Of a DNA stretch of 64,000 bases, positions 1 to 10,735 are shown in pieces. The DNA lies in assembly GCA_963663865.1 (NCBI GenBank), contig OY760686.1:2944001-3008000 (forward strand), in the 5' to 3' direction. The DNA comes from Spirochaetota bacterium (GTDB lineage Bacteria > Spirochaetota > UBA4802 > UBA5550). The notes beneath the pieces were generated by a model. It was given only the letters and a program-made list of their open reading frames with translations, was not told the DNA's origin and searched no databases. Positions within the stretch are counted from its first letter, which is position 1. Each line of letters begins with the position of its first letter. A program made the position numbers and the translations under genes.

Positions 1-141
1 CTGCTTTGAAGATATAATTGAACATACCTTTCAGTTCAAACGCAGAAACGGCATGAACAGCTTGACTATTTCTACCATATATTACAAACTCTGTCAATAG
101 CCGAAAAACGGGAAATGATCACGGCAAATGGAGCTTTATCA

Positions 142-1482
142 ATGCAGGATTACAACGCTGAAACTGAAGAAAAACTCATCTCTCATCTGGAGAACATCCG
201 CGAGTTTATGGATACCGCCTCGCTTACACGCATAATAAATAAATTGACGGACTACGCTGAGATAATCTCTGAAGGGAAGCTTCTATCAATCATCAACTTC
301 AATTACAACCTGAACAGAAGCGAATCAACCCGGATACTCGACTTTCTGATTGATTCGAGGGCCGTTTCAAGGATAAATATAATCGCGAGCAAAGGCATAC
401 GCAACCTCGACAATGAATTCATATCCAATGTGTTTTCAAATCCTCACAACCCCGAAAGCCTTTCGGCCTATATCAGCATAAGGAACATTCTTGAAAACAG
501 GCTGACACACCAGACTCAGCAGTACAACATGAACATGAACAAGAACAATACTACACAGTCAATGCCCATTAATGAGCTGCGAGGTCACGTCAAAACAATT
601 CTCGATTTCAGTATAAACGATATAACGCTTTCCTCAAAAGCTCAACACGGCTACATAGCCGCAACACTCCACGACGCATACGTAATCATGATCCAGAGGA
701 CAGACTGGTGGAACGACAAAACCTACATTAAATTTTTCTTTAACGAAGACTCTCAGGACAAAAAATTCCAGCAGATAACATCACGTGAGAGCCATATGTC
801 TCTCGCTGAAATCAACAAGCGCCTGAGCGATATTATCAGCCGGGCCGACGAGAGCGTTAATCAGACTGCGGAAAGCATCCCCGACATCAATGTGTCAGAT
901 CACGACTTCGCCGGGGAAAGATTTCAAGTTGAACCTCAGAGAGCAAAAAACATCGGCGGCGATGATAAAATGATGCAGATTCCCTTTGCCCGTCAATACG
1001 GTGCCAGGATAGACTCCATTCTGGCGGAAATATTTGAAAAAAGAAATGTTCCGGACAGCGAAAAAGCGGCAGAAATAGCTTTTTCAATATACAATAACTA
1101 CGAAAGCAATAATGGGACTCTTGGTTCTTACGCAGACAAAGCGCAAATAGCCGATCTCGCCACATGGCTTATAAGATCAGACCTCGACATAAAATCCTTC
1201 ACGGAAAAGATGATACTTCCGGGAAGGAAGGACACTCTCAGCAGGTTTTTGAACGAAGACAGAAAAAAAAGCCTCAATAGCTTTATTGCCGAACTTTTCG
1301 GCCTCTATTTCAATGAAATGTTCAGAGTACTCTTTAGAATCATCAGAAGTCCGGAAATCATCAAGTTCGCATGCGCCTTCACAATCAAGAGAATCTACCT
1401 GACAAGGGGAGAAAACCTCGGCACTTTCGGGTATTTCCTCATAAACAGCATTGCTAAAGCAGGCCGAATTAAAACCGGATAG
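142..1482 (+). CDS. hypothetical protein (~446 aa)
   Basis: Long ORF 115..1482; ATG at 142 follows GGAG; no family recognised. Confidence 0.75.
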   Translation: MQDYNAETEEKLISHLENIREFMDTASLTRIINKLTDYAEIISEGKLLSIINFNYNLNRSESTRILDFLIDSRAVSRINIIASKGIRNLDNEFISNVFSNPHNPESLSAYISIRNILENRLTHQTQQYNMNMNKNNTTQSMPINELRGHVKTILDFSINDITLSSKAQHGYIAATLHDAYVIMIQRTDWWNDKTYIKFFFNEDSQDKKFQQITSRESHMSLAEINKRLSDIISRADESVNQTAESIPDINVSDHDFAGERFQVEPQRAKNIGGDDKMMQIPFARQYGARIDSILAEIFEKRNVPDSEKAAEIAFSIYNNYESNNGTLGSYADKAQIADLATWLIRSDLDIKSFTEKMILPGRKDTLSRFLNEDRKKSLNSFIAELFGLYFNEMFRVLFRIIRSPEIIKFACAFTIKRIYLTRGENLGTFGYFLINSIAKAGRIKTG

Positions 1483-1485
1483 TCC

Positions 1486-1794
1486 TCATCGGACAGAGAG
1501 TACTTCCTCCATAACGTCATCGGGAGCATCGATAAACTCTACACCCATCCCGGCCTTTGTTCCGTCCGGTTCCTCATCTCTTGTCCACTTGACAACAGCT
1601 TCAACCTCGGCATGACTTCCGTTTTCAAGATACATCAGCAGAGAAACCTTTGTTTTCTCAGCTGGAGGCTCGGGGGTTGCGATGAAAAGACCGCCTGGAC
1701 TCACATCTACAGTACTGCTGAATGTGAACGAATCCGAAGTAACCTCACACTTGATTGACTTAAGCACCCGCTCATTTTTGCGTTTTTCATTCAT
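1486..1794 (-). CDS. single-domain PilZ protein (c-di-GMP receptor)
   Basis: RxxxR (RKNER), DxSxGG (DVSPGG), C-terminal GMGVEF. Confidence 0.9.
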   Translation of the reverse strand: MNEKRKNERVLKSIKCEVTSDSFTFSSTVDVSPGGLFIATPEPPAEKTKVSLLMYLENGSHAEVEAVVKWTRDEEPDGTKAGMGVEFIDAPDDVMEEVLSVR

Positions 1795-1966
1795 ATTCCT
1801 GCTCCGAATAGTATTTCATTACAAAGCCGCCGCGGAACGCTCGGCGCTCTGTCTAAATAAACATCTTCGACTTTTATACATATTGACAAAATTTACAATC
1901 TTTTTTTCTTTTATTAAATCCGCTATAATGATAATAATAAAAAATTAACTCAGCGATTATATCCTT

Positions 1967-2563
1967 ATGAAAACCGGCCAAATAAAAATATTCTACATAA
2001 AAAGGAGGATAATTTTCCCCGGTTCAACAGTCAAAGTTGAACTCAAGTCACCCGGCGCGGACACAGTAATGAAAGGAAATACAATTCTTGCCTTCCCCGT
2101 TAAAACGATACTCTCTCTTTTCATGGCGAAAAAAAGGGTTGCAACTATTTGTGAAGTCGTTAACACTCAGAGAGAGATGAATTCTGTAAAAATTGAGCTG
2201 CGTGGACTGGAACGGGTTTTCATAAAAAAGATTTACAGGCTTAGAACGGCAGACTATGAAGAGATTGGAAACAAGAGCGTAAGCTCATACCCGGAACGCC
2301 TCAACTCCCTGAAGAGAAAGGCACAGGAGTTGATTTTTCTGATTAATGTTGATGAGTCTGACAAACTTATATCCCTGCTTAACTACATCTCAGACCTTGG
2401 CCAGATGACTGATTTTATTGCAAACTACTTCGTTCTTGACATTTCAAGAAGATACGAACTTTTCACTTTAACGGATACAGAAGAAAGATCCGATACCCTT
2501 TTGACTGTTCTTGACAAACTTATACACGATATTAATTCAAAAAGGACTATTTTAGAAATATGA
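1967..2563 (+). CDS. stand-alone Lon substrate-binding (LON-N) domain protein
   Basis: IIFPG..., LRGLERV, helical C-terminal half; no AAA+ or protease domain. Confidence 0.7.
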   Translation: MKTGQIKIFYIKRRIIFPGSTVKVELKSPGADTVMKGNTILAFPVKTILSLFMAKKRVATICEVVNTQREMNSVKIELRGLERVFIKKIYRLRTADYEEIGNKSVSSYPERLNSLKRKAQELIFLINVDESDKLISLLNYISDLGQMTDFIANYFVLDISRRYELFTLTDTEERSDTLLTVLDKLIHDINSKRTILEI

Positions 2564-2985
2564 AAGTTGATATTCGCTCTAATGAGGTATTTTATAAGAT
2601 ACAGTGGTCAAAGATTATCCCCTACGAGAAGTACAGCTCTTCACGAATTCTTCCTGAACTACCGGGAATTATCTGCATTATGAAAAACAGGAGGCCCGAT
2701 CCTGAGCCTCTTATATTCTTTGAATGCTGGCGTGACGGCCTGCGTGACGGCTTGAGAATATTTATGGACCCAAACAGAAAAAAGTTCAGCGATATACTTG
2801 AACAGATCAGAGAGCTTGAGCTCATGTACATGTACACTATAATTGACACCACTCCCCGCGACATTCAGGATATTCTCTTCTTTCTTATAAACACATACAA
2901 GCCACCGTTCAATAATACCAGCACCTTCAAAGACTCCGGCCGCTTCAGGGGAATAAATGTTAAGGAGCTGTTTACCGTATCATAA
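2560..2985 (+). CDS. hypothetical protein, possible degenerate GIY-YIG-like fold
   Basis: ATGA overlap with the upstream gene; LPELPGI...LINTYKPPFN. Confidence 0.6.
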   Translation: MKVDIRSNEVFYKIQWSKIIPYEKYSSSRILPELPGIICIMKNRRPDPEPLIFFECWRDGLRDGLRIFMDPNRKKFSDILEQIRELELMYMYTIIDTTPRDIQDILFFLINTYKPPFNNTSTFKDSGRFRGINVKELFTVS

Positions 2986-3630
2986 TACCGGTGCAAGCCT
3001 CAGATCTTCAGGGGTATAGACAGCCGAAACATTTTTCTTTAAAAGAATAAACTCAAGAACATACTTAAGACGGGCGGCCGCGTCCAGAGGCGAGGACAGC
3101 CTGTCATCGCTTCGGGGAGAGAACTGCTGAATTCTTTTCACATTCAGGCAGCGCCTGTTCCTGTCGGGTTCAAAAACATCCTTTCTAAAAAGAACAAAAG
3201 TATCATATACAGCCTTGATTATCTCCCTCGATTGAATCATATTCGCGATAAAGAGATTTGAATCAGGATCATGCAGATTTCTCGTGAAGAACTTCAGGAG
3301 CTTGAGAACTATTTCCGGATACAGATGAACATTAATAATCTCGACTATCCTTGACTCAAGCTCCCTGTCGGACATCCTTCTGCAGGGGTACGCGTCGCTC
3401 GGGCTGTCCCAGTATCCGGTCATTGCTTTAAAAAATGCAAAATCCAGAAACCTGTCAATAGTATCTTTCTTCATGTAATCGGATTCGCCGTAGCTTGCCT
3501 CAAGGATATGCTCCGCTACCTGTTCAATATCGTGCTCTTTAAGAAGCGTCTCATAATCGATGATCACGCTTCCGCCGGATATGATCTCTTCCGGAGTCAG
3601 CTGTTTCCATTTTCTTTTTGGTCCGGCCAT
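2980..3630 (-). CDS. hypothetical protein
   Basis: 216-aa ORF just downstream of the TPR genes on the same strand. Confidence 0.7.
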   Translation of the reverse strand: MAGPKRKWKQLTPEEIISGGSVIIDYETLLKEHDIEQVAEHILEASYGESDYMKKDTIDRFLDFAFFKAMTGYWDSPSDAYPCRRMSDRELESRIVEIINVHLYPEIVLKLLKFFTRNLHDPDSNLFIANMIQSREIIKAVYDTFVLFRKDVFEPDRNRRCLNVKRIQQFSPRSDDRLSSPLDAAARLKYVLEFILLKKNVSAVYTPEDLRLAPVL

Positions 3631-3643
3631 GGGATTCCTATTT

Positions 3644-4507
3644 TTAAAATTCCTTTTTCAAACCGAGCCTGATCCTTCTATTAAGCCTCTCAGGCGAATT
3701 GTATTTTTCCACTTCGCGCAGCCCCCCGTAAAGAGAATACTGATAGAAGCTGAGTCCCATCATCCCGAAAAGAAAGCCTTCGAAGTTATTCCCCGTGCTG
3801 AAACCGTAACAGCTCAAAGAAATCATGAGGACGTTTGACACAAACGACGCCGCTCCGGTGACATAGTCTCCCGTATAAAAGAAACCAAATCCAGGAAGAA
3901 CAATCGAACCAATTAATGCGGCTGAGGCGCTTTTTTTAGGCCGGTTCATTTCTTCCATAATCTCATTGTTAAGGTTTTGCACCCCGCTGCTATAGATTCC
4001 TTCAGGATATGCGCTTCTGTATTCGTTCATATACAAGAATGCTCTTCGGTAATCGCCTGCCAGCGCGGCAGCGGCGCACCGTTCATAATAAACTGTTTCG
4101 GAAAATTCGCCGCCTCCATAAAGCGATATATAGCCGGAATAGCCGCGCATAGCGAAAAATGGAGAACCTGAAAGCAGGCGCATCTTTGAAATCCGGTACA
4201 ACGCCTCTCCTCCTTCGGGCCTTCCTGAATATGCTGAAGCTATATCCTCAAAAAGACTGGAAGCCTTCCCGTAATTATTGCCCATGTAATACGACTTGGC
4301 CATCAGCAGCCTGCTTTCCGCGAGCATATCTCCATCCGGATAGTAGCTGCCGTAGCGCATACACTCTGTAACTGCGCTGTAGTACTCCCTGTTGACGTAG
4401 TACTCCTTTGCCAAATCAATAATTTCACTGCCGTCATAAGGATTTGCCCGCAGAGCTGCCCCGCCCGAGGCCAGCAACGCAATCAAAACAAATGCCGCAC
4501 TCCTCAT
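3644..4507 (-). CDS. exported TPR (BamD/YfiO-like) protein with C-terminal membrane segment
   Basis: Signal peptide; TPR helices with YPDG/YPEG turns; SIVLPGFGFFY hydrophobic motif. Confidence 0.75.
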   Translation of the reverse strand: MRSAAFVLIALLASGGAALRANPYDGSEIIDLAKEYYVNREYYSAVTECMRYGSYYPDGDMLAESRLLMAKSYYMGNNYGKASSLFEDIASAYSGRPEGGEALYRISKMRLLSGSPFFAMRGYSGYISLYGGGEFSETVYYERCAAAALAGDYRRAFLYMNEYRSAYPEGIYSSGVQNLNNEIMEEMNRPKKSASAALIGSIVLPGFGFFYTGDYVTGAASFVSNVLMISLSCYGFSTGNNFEGFLFGMMGLSFYQYSLYGGLREVEKYNSPERLNRRIRLGLKKEF

Positions 4508-5397
4508 TTCGACCGCCCTTCGAGCATGTACTGAACCTCTTTGCTGTAGTAGTCTTCCGGTTTAAAGGGGGGGATATGGCTCTCTCTGATTCGGCGGCAG
4601 AATTCACGCCTGACATCGCTGTTGGCGCGAAAAGCGGAGTTGTAGGCTCCGTAGATATTGCCGGCATGGAACAGGCCGGCAAAGACGAAGAGTGTAATCC
4701 CGATTCCTCGTTCACCTTTACGGCTGAAGTACACTCCTCCGGCCGCTGCTGCAACAACTCCGGCCATGCTTATGAGCGCATCAGCGTATCTTCCAGAGTA
4801 GGCCTGCCCGCTTCCGGGAATAATCGACGACAGAGCGGCTGCAGCGACAGGGCTATATACTGGAAGCTCTTTATAAGACGAGAGGTCTCTGTACAACTCA
4901 GAGGCCCCTTCATCCGCGTGCCCTGACAGGTAATCAGATGCCTCCAGCTCAGCCTGCTCGAAGAATCCACCGGCAAGCAGGGAGTCAATCCGCCTCTGAA
5001 AGACCGGATACCTGAGGCTGCCGTCTATAACGGACATGTTGATATCCCCCAGATAAGAGGAAGCCTCAATATAGCTGCCCCTGTTCAGCGCGGCCGATGA
5101 AAGCATCATCAGTGAAGCAGTATCGTTCATAGGCAAGCCGTCAGCCGTAATCCGCGATGTCACAGCGGCGTACTGCCCCCCCAGATAGTAGCACGAGTTA
5201 ATAAAATAAGCGAAGCCGCCCTGGGCGCTTATGCCCCGCATGTGGAGATACCTTCTTGTTTCAGAAATGCAGTCAAAATAACGTCCCGCCTGAAAAAGCC
5301 CGGCCATAAAGCTGCGCTGCCTTTCCAGCTCAGGCTCAGCGGCTGAAAGTTCAAAGACAAGTATTACACACAGAAAAAGGGAAAAAAAAGGCCTCAT
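4504..5397 (-). CDS. exported TPR-like protein with C-terminal membrane segment
   Basis: Signal peptide; LSSIIPGSGQAY motif followed by TM helices; 4-bp overlaps with both neighbours. Confidence 0.75.
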   Translation of the reverse strand: MRPFFSLFLCVILVFELSAAEPELERQRSFMAGLFQAGRYFDCISETRRYLHMRGISAQGGFAYFINSCYYLGGQYAAVTSRITADGLPMNDTASLMMLSSAALNRGSYIEASSYLGDINMSVIDGSLRYPVFQRRIDSLLAGGFFEQAELEASDYLSGHADEGASELYRDLSSYKELPVYSPVAAAALSSIIPGSGQAYSGRYADALISMAGVVAAAAGGVYFSRKGERGIGITLFVFAGLFHAGNIYGAYNSAFRANSDVRREFCRRIRESHIPPFKPEDYYSKEVQYMLEGRSK

Positions 5398-5792
5398 TTG
5401 TCTCCGCCGAAAACGGTTTCAGGAACCGGATCCCGTCCGGGAACATTAAACGGGTTACACCGGATAAGGCGGTCACCGGCAAGCACAGAACCTAAAAAAG
5501 CGCCGTGTTTTTCTACCGCCTGACGGCCGTAAGAGCTGCAGGTAGGGGTGTATCCGCAATTTGCGCCGTCCTGCGGAGATATAAAAACCTGGAAAAACCT
5601 GATGAGGAAATAAGCCCCGCCCTGAACTCCGTTGAAAACTGTACCCGGTGATGAATGATTGCAATCACTGGAAGCATACAGCTCATCGCCGGTTTCGACA
5701 TCACACCCGTAAGGCGCGAACTCTGAAGCCGCCGGCGCCGCCCATGCCGCGGCTGAAATAAGTATAATAATCTTTATAAAACACATCTTCAT
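5394..5792 (-). CDS. YidD-like (haemolytic domain) protein with signal peptide
   Basis: ISPQDGANCGYTPTCSSYG...G...DRLIRCNP; N-terminal signal-like sequence. Confidence 0.85.
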   Translation of the reverse strand: MKMCFIKIIILISAAAWAAPAASEFAPYGCDVETGDELYASSDCNHSSPGTVFNGVQGGAYFLIRFFQVFISPQDGANCGYTPTCSSYGRQAVEKHGAFLGSVLAGDRLIRCNPFNVPGRDPVPETVFGGDK

Positions 5793-6007
5793 GGCCCGAT
5801 CATTGTGCGGCTCAAAAGCCCTGTCAAATCAAAAAATATACCTCAGGTCCAGTCTATGCGCGGACTACGTCTTGCATTGTTTAAATTACAATTCATCCGG
5901 GAGCTTTTACCGCAAGACCTGTCTATTTATGTCTTGACAGTGAGGTTTTACAGAGCTAACCAATCACTAACGTCTTAGACTGGCGGAATATATACCTGGA
6001 AAGTACA

Positions 6008-6859
6008 ATGAGAAAAAACAGACAGATTACGATATATCTCTTCAGAGTGATTCCCACATCTCTGCTCTCAAGAATTTTCGGATTCATTACTCGAATTCCT
6101 GTTTCCGCAAAGACAATGGATAGTCTGATAAGCTGGTATTCAAAGAAATACTCCGTTAACACCGATGAGTACATTATTCCAAAAGAAGGCTTCAGGAACT
6201 TTAACAGCTTCTTCACACGTCAGTTAAAAAAAGGCATGAGGCCGGTAGACCGCACAGCCGGAGCGGTCGTATCTCCGGTAGACGGCCGGATTGATGAATT
6301 CGGCAAGATTAAAGGTTCGTCAATCATGCAGGCAAAAGGGATTGACTACTCGCTTTATGACCTTATTCCCTCCGAATCTGCTGAAAAATATGAGGGCGGT
6401 TCATTCATAACTCTTTACCTCTCGCCGGGAGATTATCACAGGATACACTCTCCACTGAGCGGGAAAATAACCGGATACTTCCACATCCCCGGGAAGCTCT
6501 TCACAGTCCAGGAATTCATGGTCGGCGGATTGCCGGGTCTTTTTTCCAAAAATGAAAGGCTTATCAGCTATATAAAAGCTCCACGGACTGAATGTGCCGT
6601 CTGCAAGATAGGAGCCATGAATGTCGGAAGAATTTCCATCAGCCACGGTAGCATCATAACGAACCGAACCATAAGGACAAAGCACGAAGTCCACTACTTG
6701 AAAAGCTCCGAGGTCAAAACAAAAGCCGGCGATGAACTCGGCATTTTCCATCTTGGCTCAACTGTAATTCTTCTTTTCACCAGAGGAACAGTAAAATTCA
6801 AAGGCATCAAAAGGGGAATGAAGGTTAAAATGGGCAGCAAAATAGCTGAATTTGCATAG
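6008..6859 (+). CDS. psd: phosphatidylserine decarboxylase proenzyme
   Basis: FFTR, SPVDG, YLSPGDYHRIHSP, NER, FHLGSTV autocleavage motif. Confidence 0.95.
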   Translation: MRKNRQITIYLFRVIPTSLLSRIFGFITRIPVSAKTMDSLISWYSKKYSVNTDEYIIPKEGFRNFNSFFTRQLKKGMRPVDRTAGAVVSPVDGRIDEFGKIKGSSIMQAKGIDYSLYDLIPSESAEKYEGGSFITLYLSPGDYHRIHSPLSGKITGYFHIPGKLFTVQEFMVGGLPGLFSKNERLISYIKAPRTECAVCKIGAMNVGRISISHGSIITNRTIRTKHEVHYLKSSEVKTKAGDELGIFHLGSTVILLFTRGTVKFKGIKRGMKVKMGSKIAEFA

Positions 6860-7373
6860 AACGTTTTTCCAATTCCGGTACGCCATGGTCAACGGAGATG
6901 TCATTTACGAAAGCACAAGCGGCCTGCTTCAGTACGATGAGAGAAAGTCGATTCTCACGTACCGGCCTTCACTGGAAGAACCGGTAATCTGGCTGAAAAA
7001 AATTAATGAGGCCAGGTTCATCGACGGTGTGATTGAAGATGCGGAAAGGTTCTACATTGCCTGCGGCATCAGCGAAACGGAAGGCCGCTACATTGCGGTC
7101 TTCAAAGAAAGCGGCTCAACGGCCTGGTACATTCCCGGCAGGTCGTATATGCAGAGGCTCTTCGACGAAAGCCTCTATCTGATATTCGTCGATGAGAACG
7201 ACACTTACTACATTATTAAGACACGGCCCGAAGACGGAAGCATCGTATGGCATCACCGCGTCGACGAGTACCTTTGCGCCTACACTATTAAAAAAAACGC
7301 CGTGGTCCTCGCCTATTCTGACGGGCGTTCTGAGACACTGGACCCCTCAACCGGCATGTCCGTCGGCCGTTGA
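6852..7373 (+). CDS. hypothetical protein, PQQ-like beta-propeller fragments
   Basis: GSTAW, DGSIVW, DPSTG motifs; start codon uncertain. Confidence 0.6.
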   Translation: MHRTFFQFRYAMVNGDVIYESTSGLLQYDERKSILTYRPSLEEPVIWLKKINEARFIDGVIEDAERFYIACGISETEGRYIAVFKESGSTAWYIPGRSYMQRLFDESLYLIFVDENDTYYIIKTRPEDGSIVWHHRVDEYLCAYTIKKNAVVLAYSDGRSETLDPSTGMSVGR

Positions 7374-7379
7374 CAACTG

Positions 7380-10300
7380 CTACTCGCTCATCGCCTTCAT
7401 AACAGCTTCGCGGAACTCAACCTTATACGCCTGTATGCTGTATGGAACATTCTCATCAGTAATTGGATCGGGCCTGTCGGGCCTGTTCATGGTACGGGCA
7501 AGATTGACCCTCGCGAACTCATTTTCCATCTCAAGCTTTTTAGCGTACTGGATGGATTTCCAGTAACTGATTGAGCTCTTGGATTCATCGTTCTGCAGAA
7601 AGTACACTGCTCCAAGATTGTTATAGGCCGAACTCAGCGCTCCGAAGACCCTGTTGTGCTTATTGCTGCCGAGCTCAACAAGACCGATGCTCTCGGCTTC
7701 GTATTCAAGCACATTAATCATCTTAAGATATTCACCCCGCGCGGCATCATAGTTACCCATGTGATAAAAGGCATTTCCAAGCGCGAACATGAGTTCCGGG
7801 TGCTCTACAAAATCCTCGTAAAGATTGAGCCACTGTTCAAGCGATTTTGAATAGAGCCGGTTGAGGTAGTATACCCTTCCCAGATTGTAATGAAGCTCCG
7901 GAGAGCTGTATCCCTCAGCCAATGACTTTTCGTATTTTTCTCTGGCAACATTATAGTTGGCAAGCTTTTCAAGTTCCCTGTCGGTAATCTCATCCTCAAG
8001 GCTGCCGAACCTGAACTTAACCTTATCAAAATAATAATAGAAGATATCTCCCATAACAGCGTAGGTTTCGCCGGGCTCTTCGGTTCGGCGGTAAAAATCC
8101 TCGTAGGTAAACTCAGGCGGATTTGAAAGAGACTGAATTGCCCTGTTGAGATAGTCGTAGGACTTCACAGGCTGATTTGCCCTGAAATAATGCTTACCCA
8201 TAAGATGGAGAGCGTCAAAGTAGTTCGGAGACGCGTCTATGGCCTTCTCCAGAAAACGTTCCATTGCCTTCCGGTTGTTCCTTAAACCGGCGAGACGCGC
8301 CGATACAAGGTTAAGAGGGGGGTAGCCCGAATCCCTCTTCCTCAACGCCGCAAGTACATTCTCAACGGCAGGATAGGTGTTGTCGTTTTCGTTAATAATA
8401 CGGGGGGATACGACTCCATGGTCAACCCTCGCGTTGAAGCTGTCCGTACGGCGTTTGGTCAGGTAATAGTTCGCCAGCTTTGCCAGGAGCGGCGAGGGCA
8501 TATCCTCCAGAATCTCCTTCGCATTTATTTCAGCATGCGTTGAAGCGGTTAAATCGTATGCGTCTCTTTCTATATAAAGGTTGAGTAGTCCGGAATATCC
8601 GACAACCGAATCCGGGTCAACTTTGATGATATCCTCATAGTACTTTTTAGCCTTCAGATACTGCCCCTGATAGAAGTACGCGTTTCCGATTCCGAGCATG
8701 GCCGATACATTTTCCGGCTCAATTACAAGCGACCTCTTATAAAAGTCAATTGCCACATCCAGCTGAGAAGGAACTGTTGCTCCCATCTCCCTGATCTTAG
8801 CGGCAGGATAATACCTGCTCAGAAAATCTCTTATGTTGGAACTGTAAAATTGAGAAGGAACCCTGGAGTAAAACCTGCCCAGATTGTTGAGCGTTTCAGT
8901 GCATGCAGGATCTATGGAAAGAGCGGCATTTAACTTGCTGACAGCCCTGCCGTATTCTTTTTTTGTAAAGTATGCCTTGCCGTATGAGTTAAATCCGTAA
9001 AGATAGTTCCGAGCGTAATTCTCCTCGACTTCAACAGCCAGCCTCTCCGCGTTTTTGTAATCTTCCGATTTGGCGGCGTAATCTCCGTCGCGAAGAATGT
9101 ACTCCACACCCTCATCGATTTTACTCTTTGCCATGTAAGGTTTGTACACATAGTGATAGCCGAGCACGGTTATAATGAATCCTGAAACCGCGGCTATTCC
9201 AAATATCTTTGCACCCTTGAGCAGCCTTTTCTGGCGCAGCCTTCCCTCTCGGCTGTACTCTGGCCTTGAGTGAATGACCCGCTTAGCGGCAGCTCTCTCA
9301 TCCGTAAGGCGGATTTTCTTTCCGGTTCGGTCTTCCAGGTATTTCCTTACCGCATCCTCGGGACGTCCGTCGATAATCATGTCGGCAAGTTCTCTGATTT
9401 CGGATTCGGTAATCTGATCGTGTACTATGGCATCCTTGACCGCTGACCGCAGGCCGGGATTGAACAGGATTAGCGCCTTTTTCAGTTTCTTCAGGTCCTT
9501 TTCAGAGAGCTCAAGGCCGTCTCCAGACCCGGATGAAGCTGCCTCCTCTTTTCGGGAACTGGAAGAAAGCGGCAGGTGGTCGTCAAGCGGTTCGATCTCG
9601 AGCTCTTCACCGTCATCTTCATCGCTGCCGCCCGGAAGTTCAGCAGACATGCTCTCAAGATCGAGATCATCAAAAGCTGAAGTCTCAGGGGGCATCTGAG
9701 GAACTTCCGCCACCGGAATTTCAGGAAGCCCGGAGCTGGCGGGGAAATCATCTTCGAGAGCATCAGGAATCCCGGACAGGTCAACATCGGACAGACCGTC
9801 ATCTTCGGAGACAGGTGTAGCTTCATCTCCACCCTCTTCTTCGAAGGAAAGATCTGAATCGGGAATATCGCCTCCGATCAGCTCAGAATCTGCAATATCC
9901 ATCTCGTCAAGTGCCACGGGTTCTTCAGAGGTCAGGGAATCAAGGTCGCCGAATGCGGCTTCATCCGTAACGGCTTCCGGGGCTGCAGGCTCTTCAAGCA
10001 CATCATCTGAAGTAAAGTCGAAGTCTTCCGGCAGTGAGGACGCTTCTTCCGGTTCAAAATCCTGAGGTTCTTCGGCAGTGAAATCCTCTGTGATATCCTC
10101 AAGAAAATCCTCGTCAGGTTCAGAAGTTTCAGACGTTTCAATTTCCTGAATAAGATCTGAGATGTCCTCCACCTCATCTTCAGGAATCTCCGATGACTCC
10201 TCATAGATGTAGCCAGGACCGCCCTCAGCATCATCTTCTGAAGTATCGTAATATTCATCAAGTTCGTCGTCGGATTGGGCCGGAAACGTCTCAACAAAGT

Positions 10301-10460
10301 CATCAGCAGAAGGAAGGTCATCCGTTGGCGGCTGGTATCCGCCAGGCGCGATATAGGCATCCTGTTCAGCAGGAGAAACATAGCCCGTAACCACCTTTAC
10401 AATTCTGTCTATTTCCTCGAGCTCGTCGGGCGAATAATCTATCTTTTCGACTTCAGCCAT
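7380..10460 (-). CDS. flcA: periplasmic flagellar collar protein FlcA-like (acidic N-terminus, TM, TPRs)
   Basis: ~300-aa acidic region, LSEKDLKKLKKAL...LRSAVKDAI segment, single TM, multiple TPRs (YNLGRVYY, ALGNAFY, AYNNLG). Confidence 0.65.
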   Translation of the reverse strand: MAEVEKIDYSPDELEEIDRIVKVVTGYVSPAEQDAYIAPGGYQPPTDDLPSADDFVETFPAQSDDELDEYYDTSEDDAEGGPGYIYEESSEIPEDEVEDISDLIQEIETSETSEPDEDFLEDITEDFTAEEPQDFEPEEASSLPEDFDFTSDDVLEEPAAPEAVTDEAAFGDLDSLTSEEPVALDEMDIADSELIGGDIPDSDLSFEEEGGDEATPVSEDDGLSDVDLSGIPDALEDDFPASSGLPEIPVAEVPQMPPETSAFDDLDLESMSAELPGGSDEDDGEELEIEPLDDHLPLSSSSRKEEAASSGSGDGLELSEKDLKKLKKALILFNPGLRSAVKDAIVHDQITESEIRELADMIIDGRPEDAVRKYLEDRTGKKIRLTDERAAAKRVIHSRPEYSREGRLRQKRLLKGAKIFGIAAVSGFIITVLGYHYVYKPYMAKSKIDEGVEYILRDGDYAAKSEDYKNAERLAVEVEENYARNYLYGFNSYGKAYFTKKEYGRAVSKLNAALSIDPACTETLNNLGRFYSRVPSQFYSSNIRDFLSRYYPAAKIREMGATVPSQLDVAIDFYKRSLVIEPENVSAMLGIGNAYFYQGQYLKAKKYYEDIIKVDPDSVVGYSGLLNLYIERDAYDLTASTHAEINAKEILEDMPSPLLAKLANYYLTKRRTDSFNARVDHGVVSPRIINENDNTYPAVENVLAALRKRDSGYPPLNLVSARLAGLRNNRKAMERFLEKAIDASPNYFDALHLMGKHYFRANQPVKSYDYLNRAIQSLSNPPEFTYEDFYRRTEEPGETYAVMGDIFYYYFDKVKFRFGSLEDEITDRELEKLANYNVAREKYEKSLAEGYSSPELHYNLGRVYYLNRLYSKSLEQWLNLYEDFVEHPELMFALGNAFYHMGNYDAARGEYLKMINVLEYEAESIGLVELGSNKHNRVFGALSSAYNNLGAVYFLQNDESKSSISYWKSIQYAKKLEMENEFARVNLARTMNRPDRPDPITDENVPYSIQAYKVEFREAVMKAMSE

Positions 10461-10735
10461 TTTAAAACACCTGAACTCCTATTCGTTTAATCGTGCGCCG
10501 GGATTACGGGACATAATCAGATCATATTGCCCGAATTTAAAAATCAAGTAACTATTAGAAACCAGAAAAAATATTTGCGCCGGATCAAACTGACAGGCCG
10601 GTCCAGCAAAATACTCTCAAGCTTCACGTTAAGATTATCGACACAAGTAGTGTATCCATCAAGAAGAAATGACTTTTGTGCTGCAGCAGATTTCGTACTG
10701 CAGATATATTATTACGGAGATTTCTGATACCGCCG

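Noticed and set aside
2731-2754. 12-bp tandem repeat (RDGL-RDGL); also a short AACATG repeat near 526-545
   Set aside because: Tiny in-frame duplications; not an array
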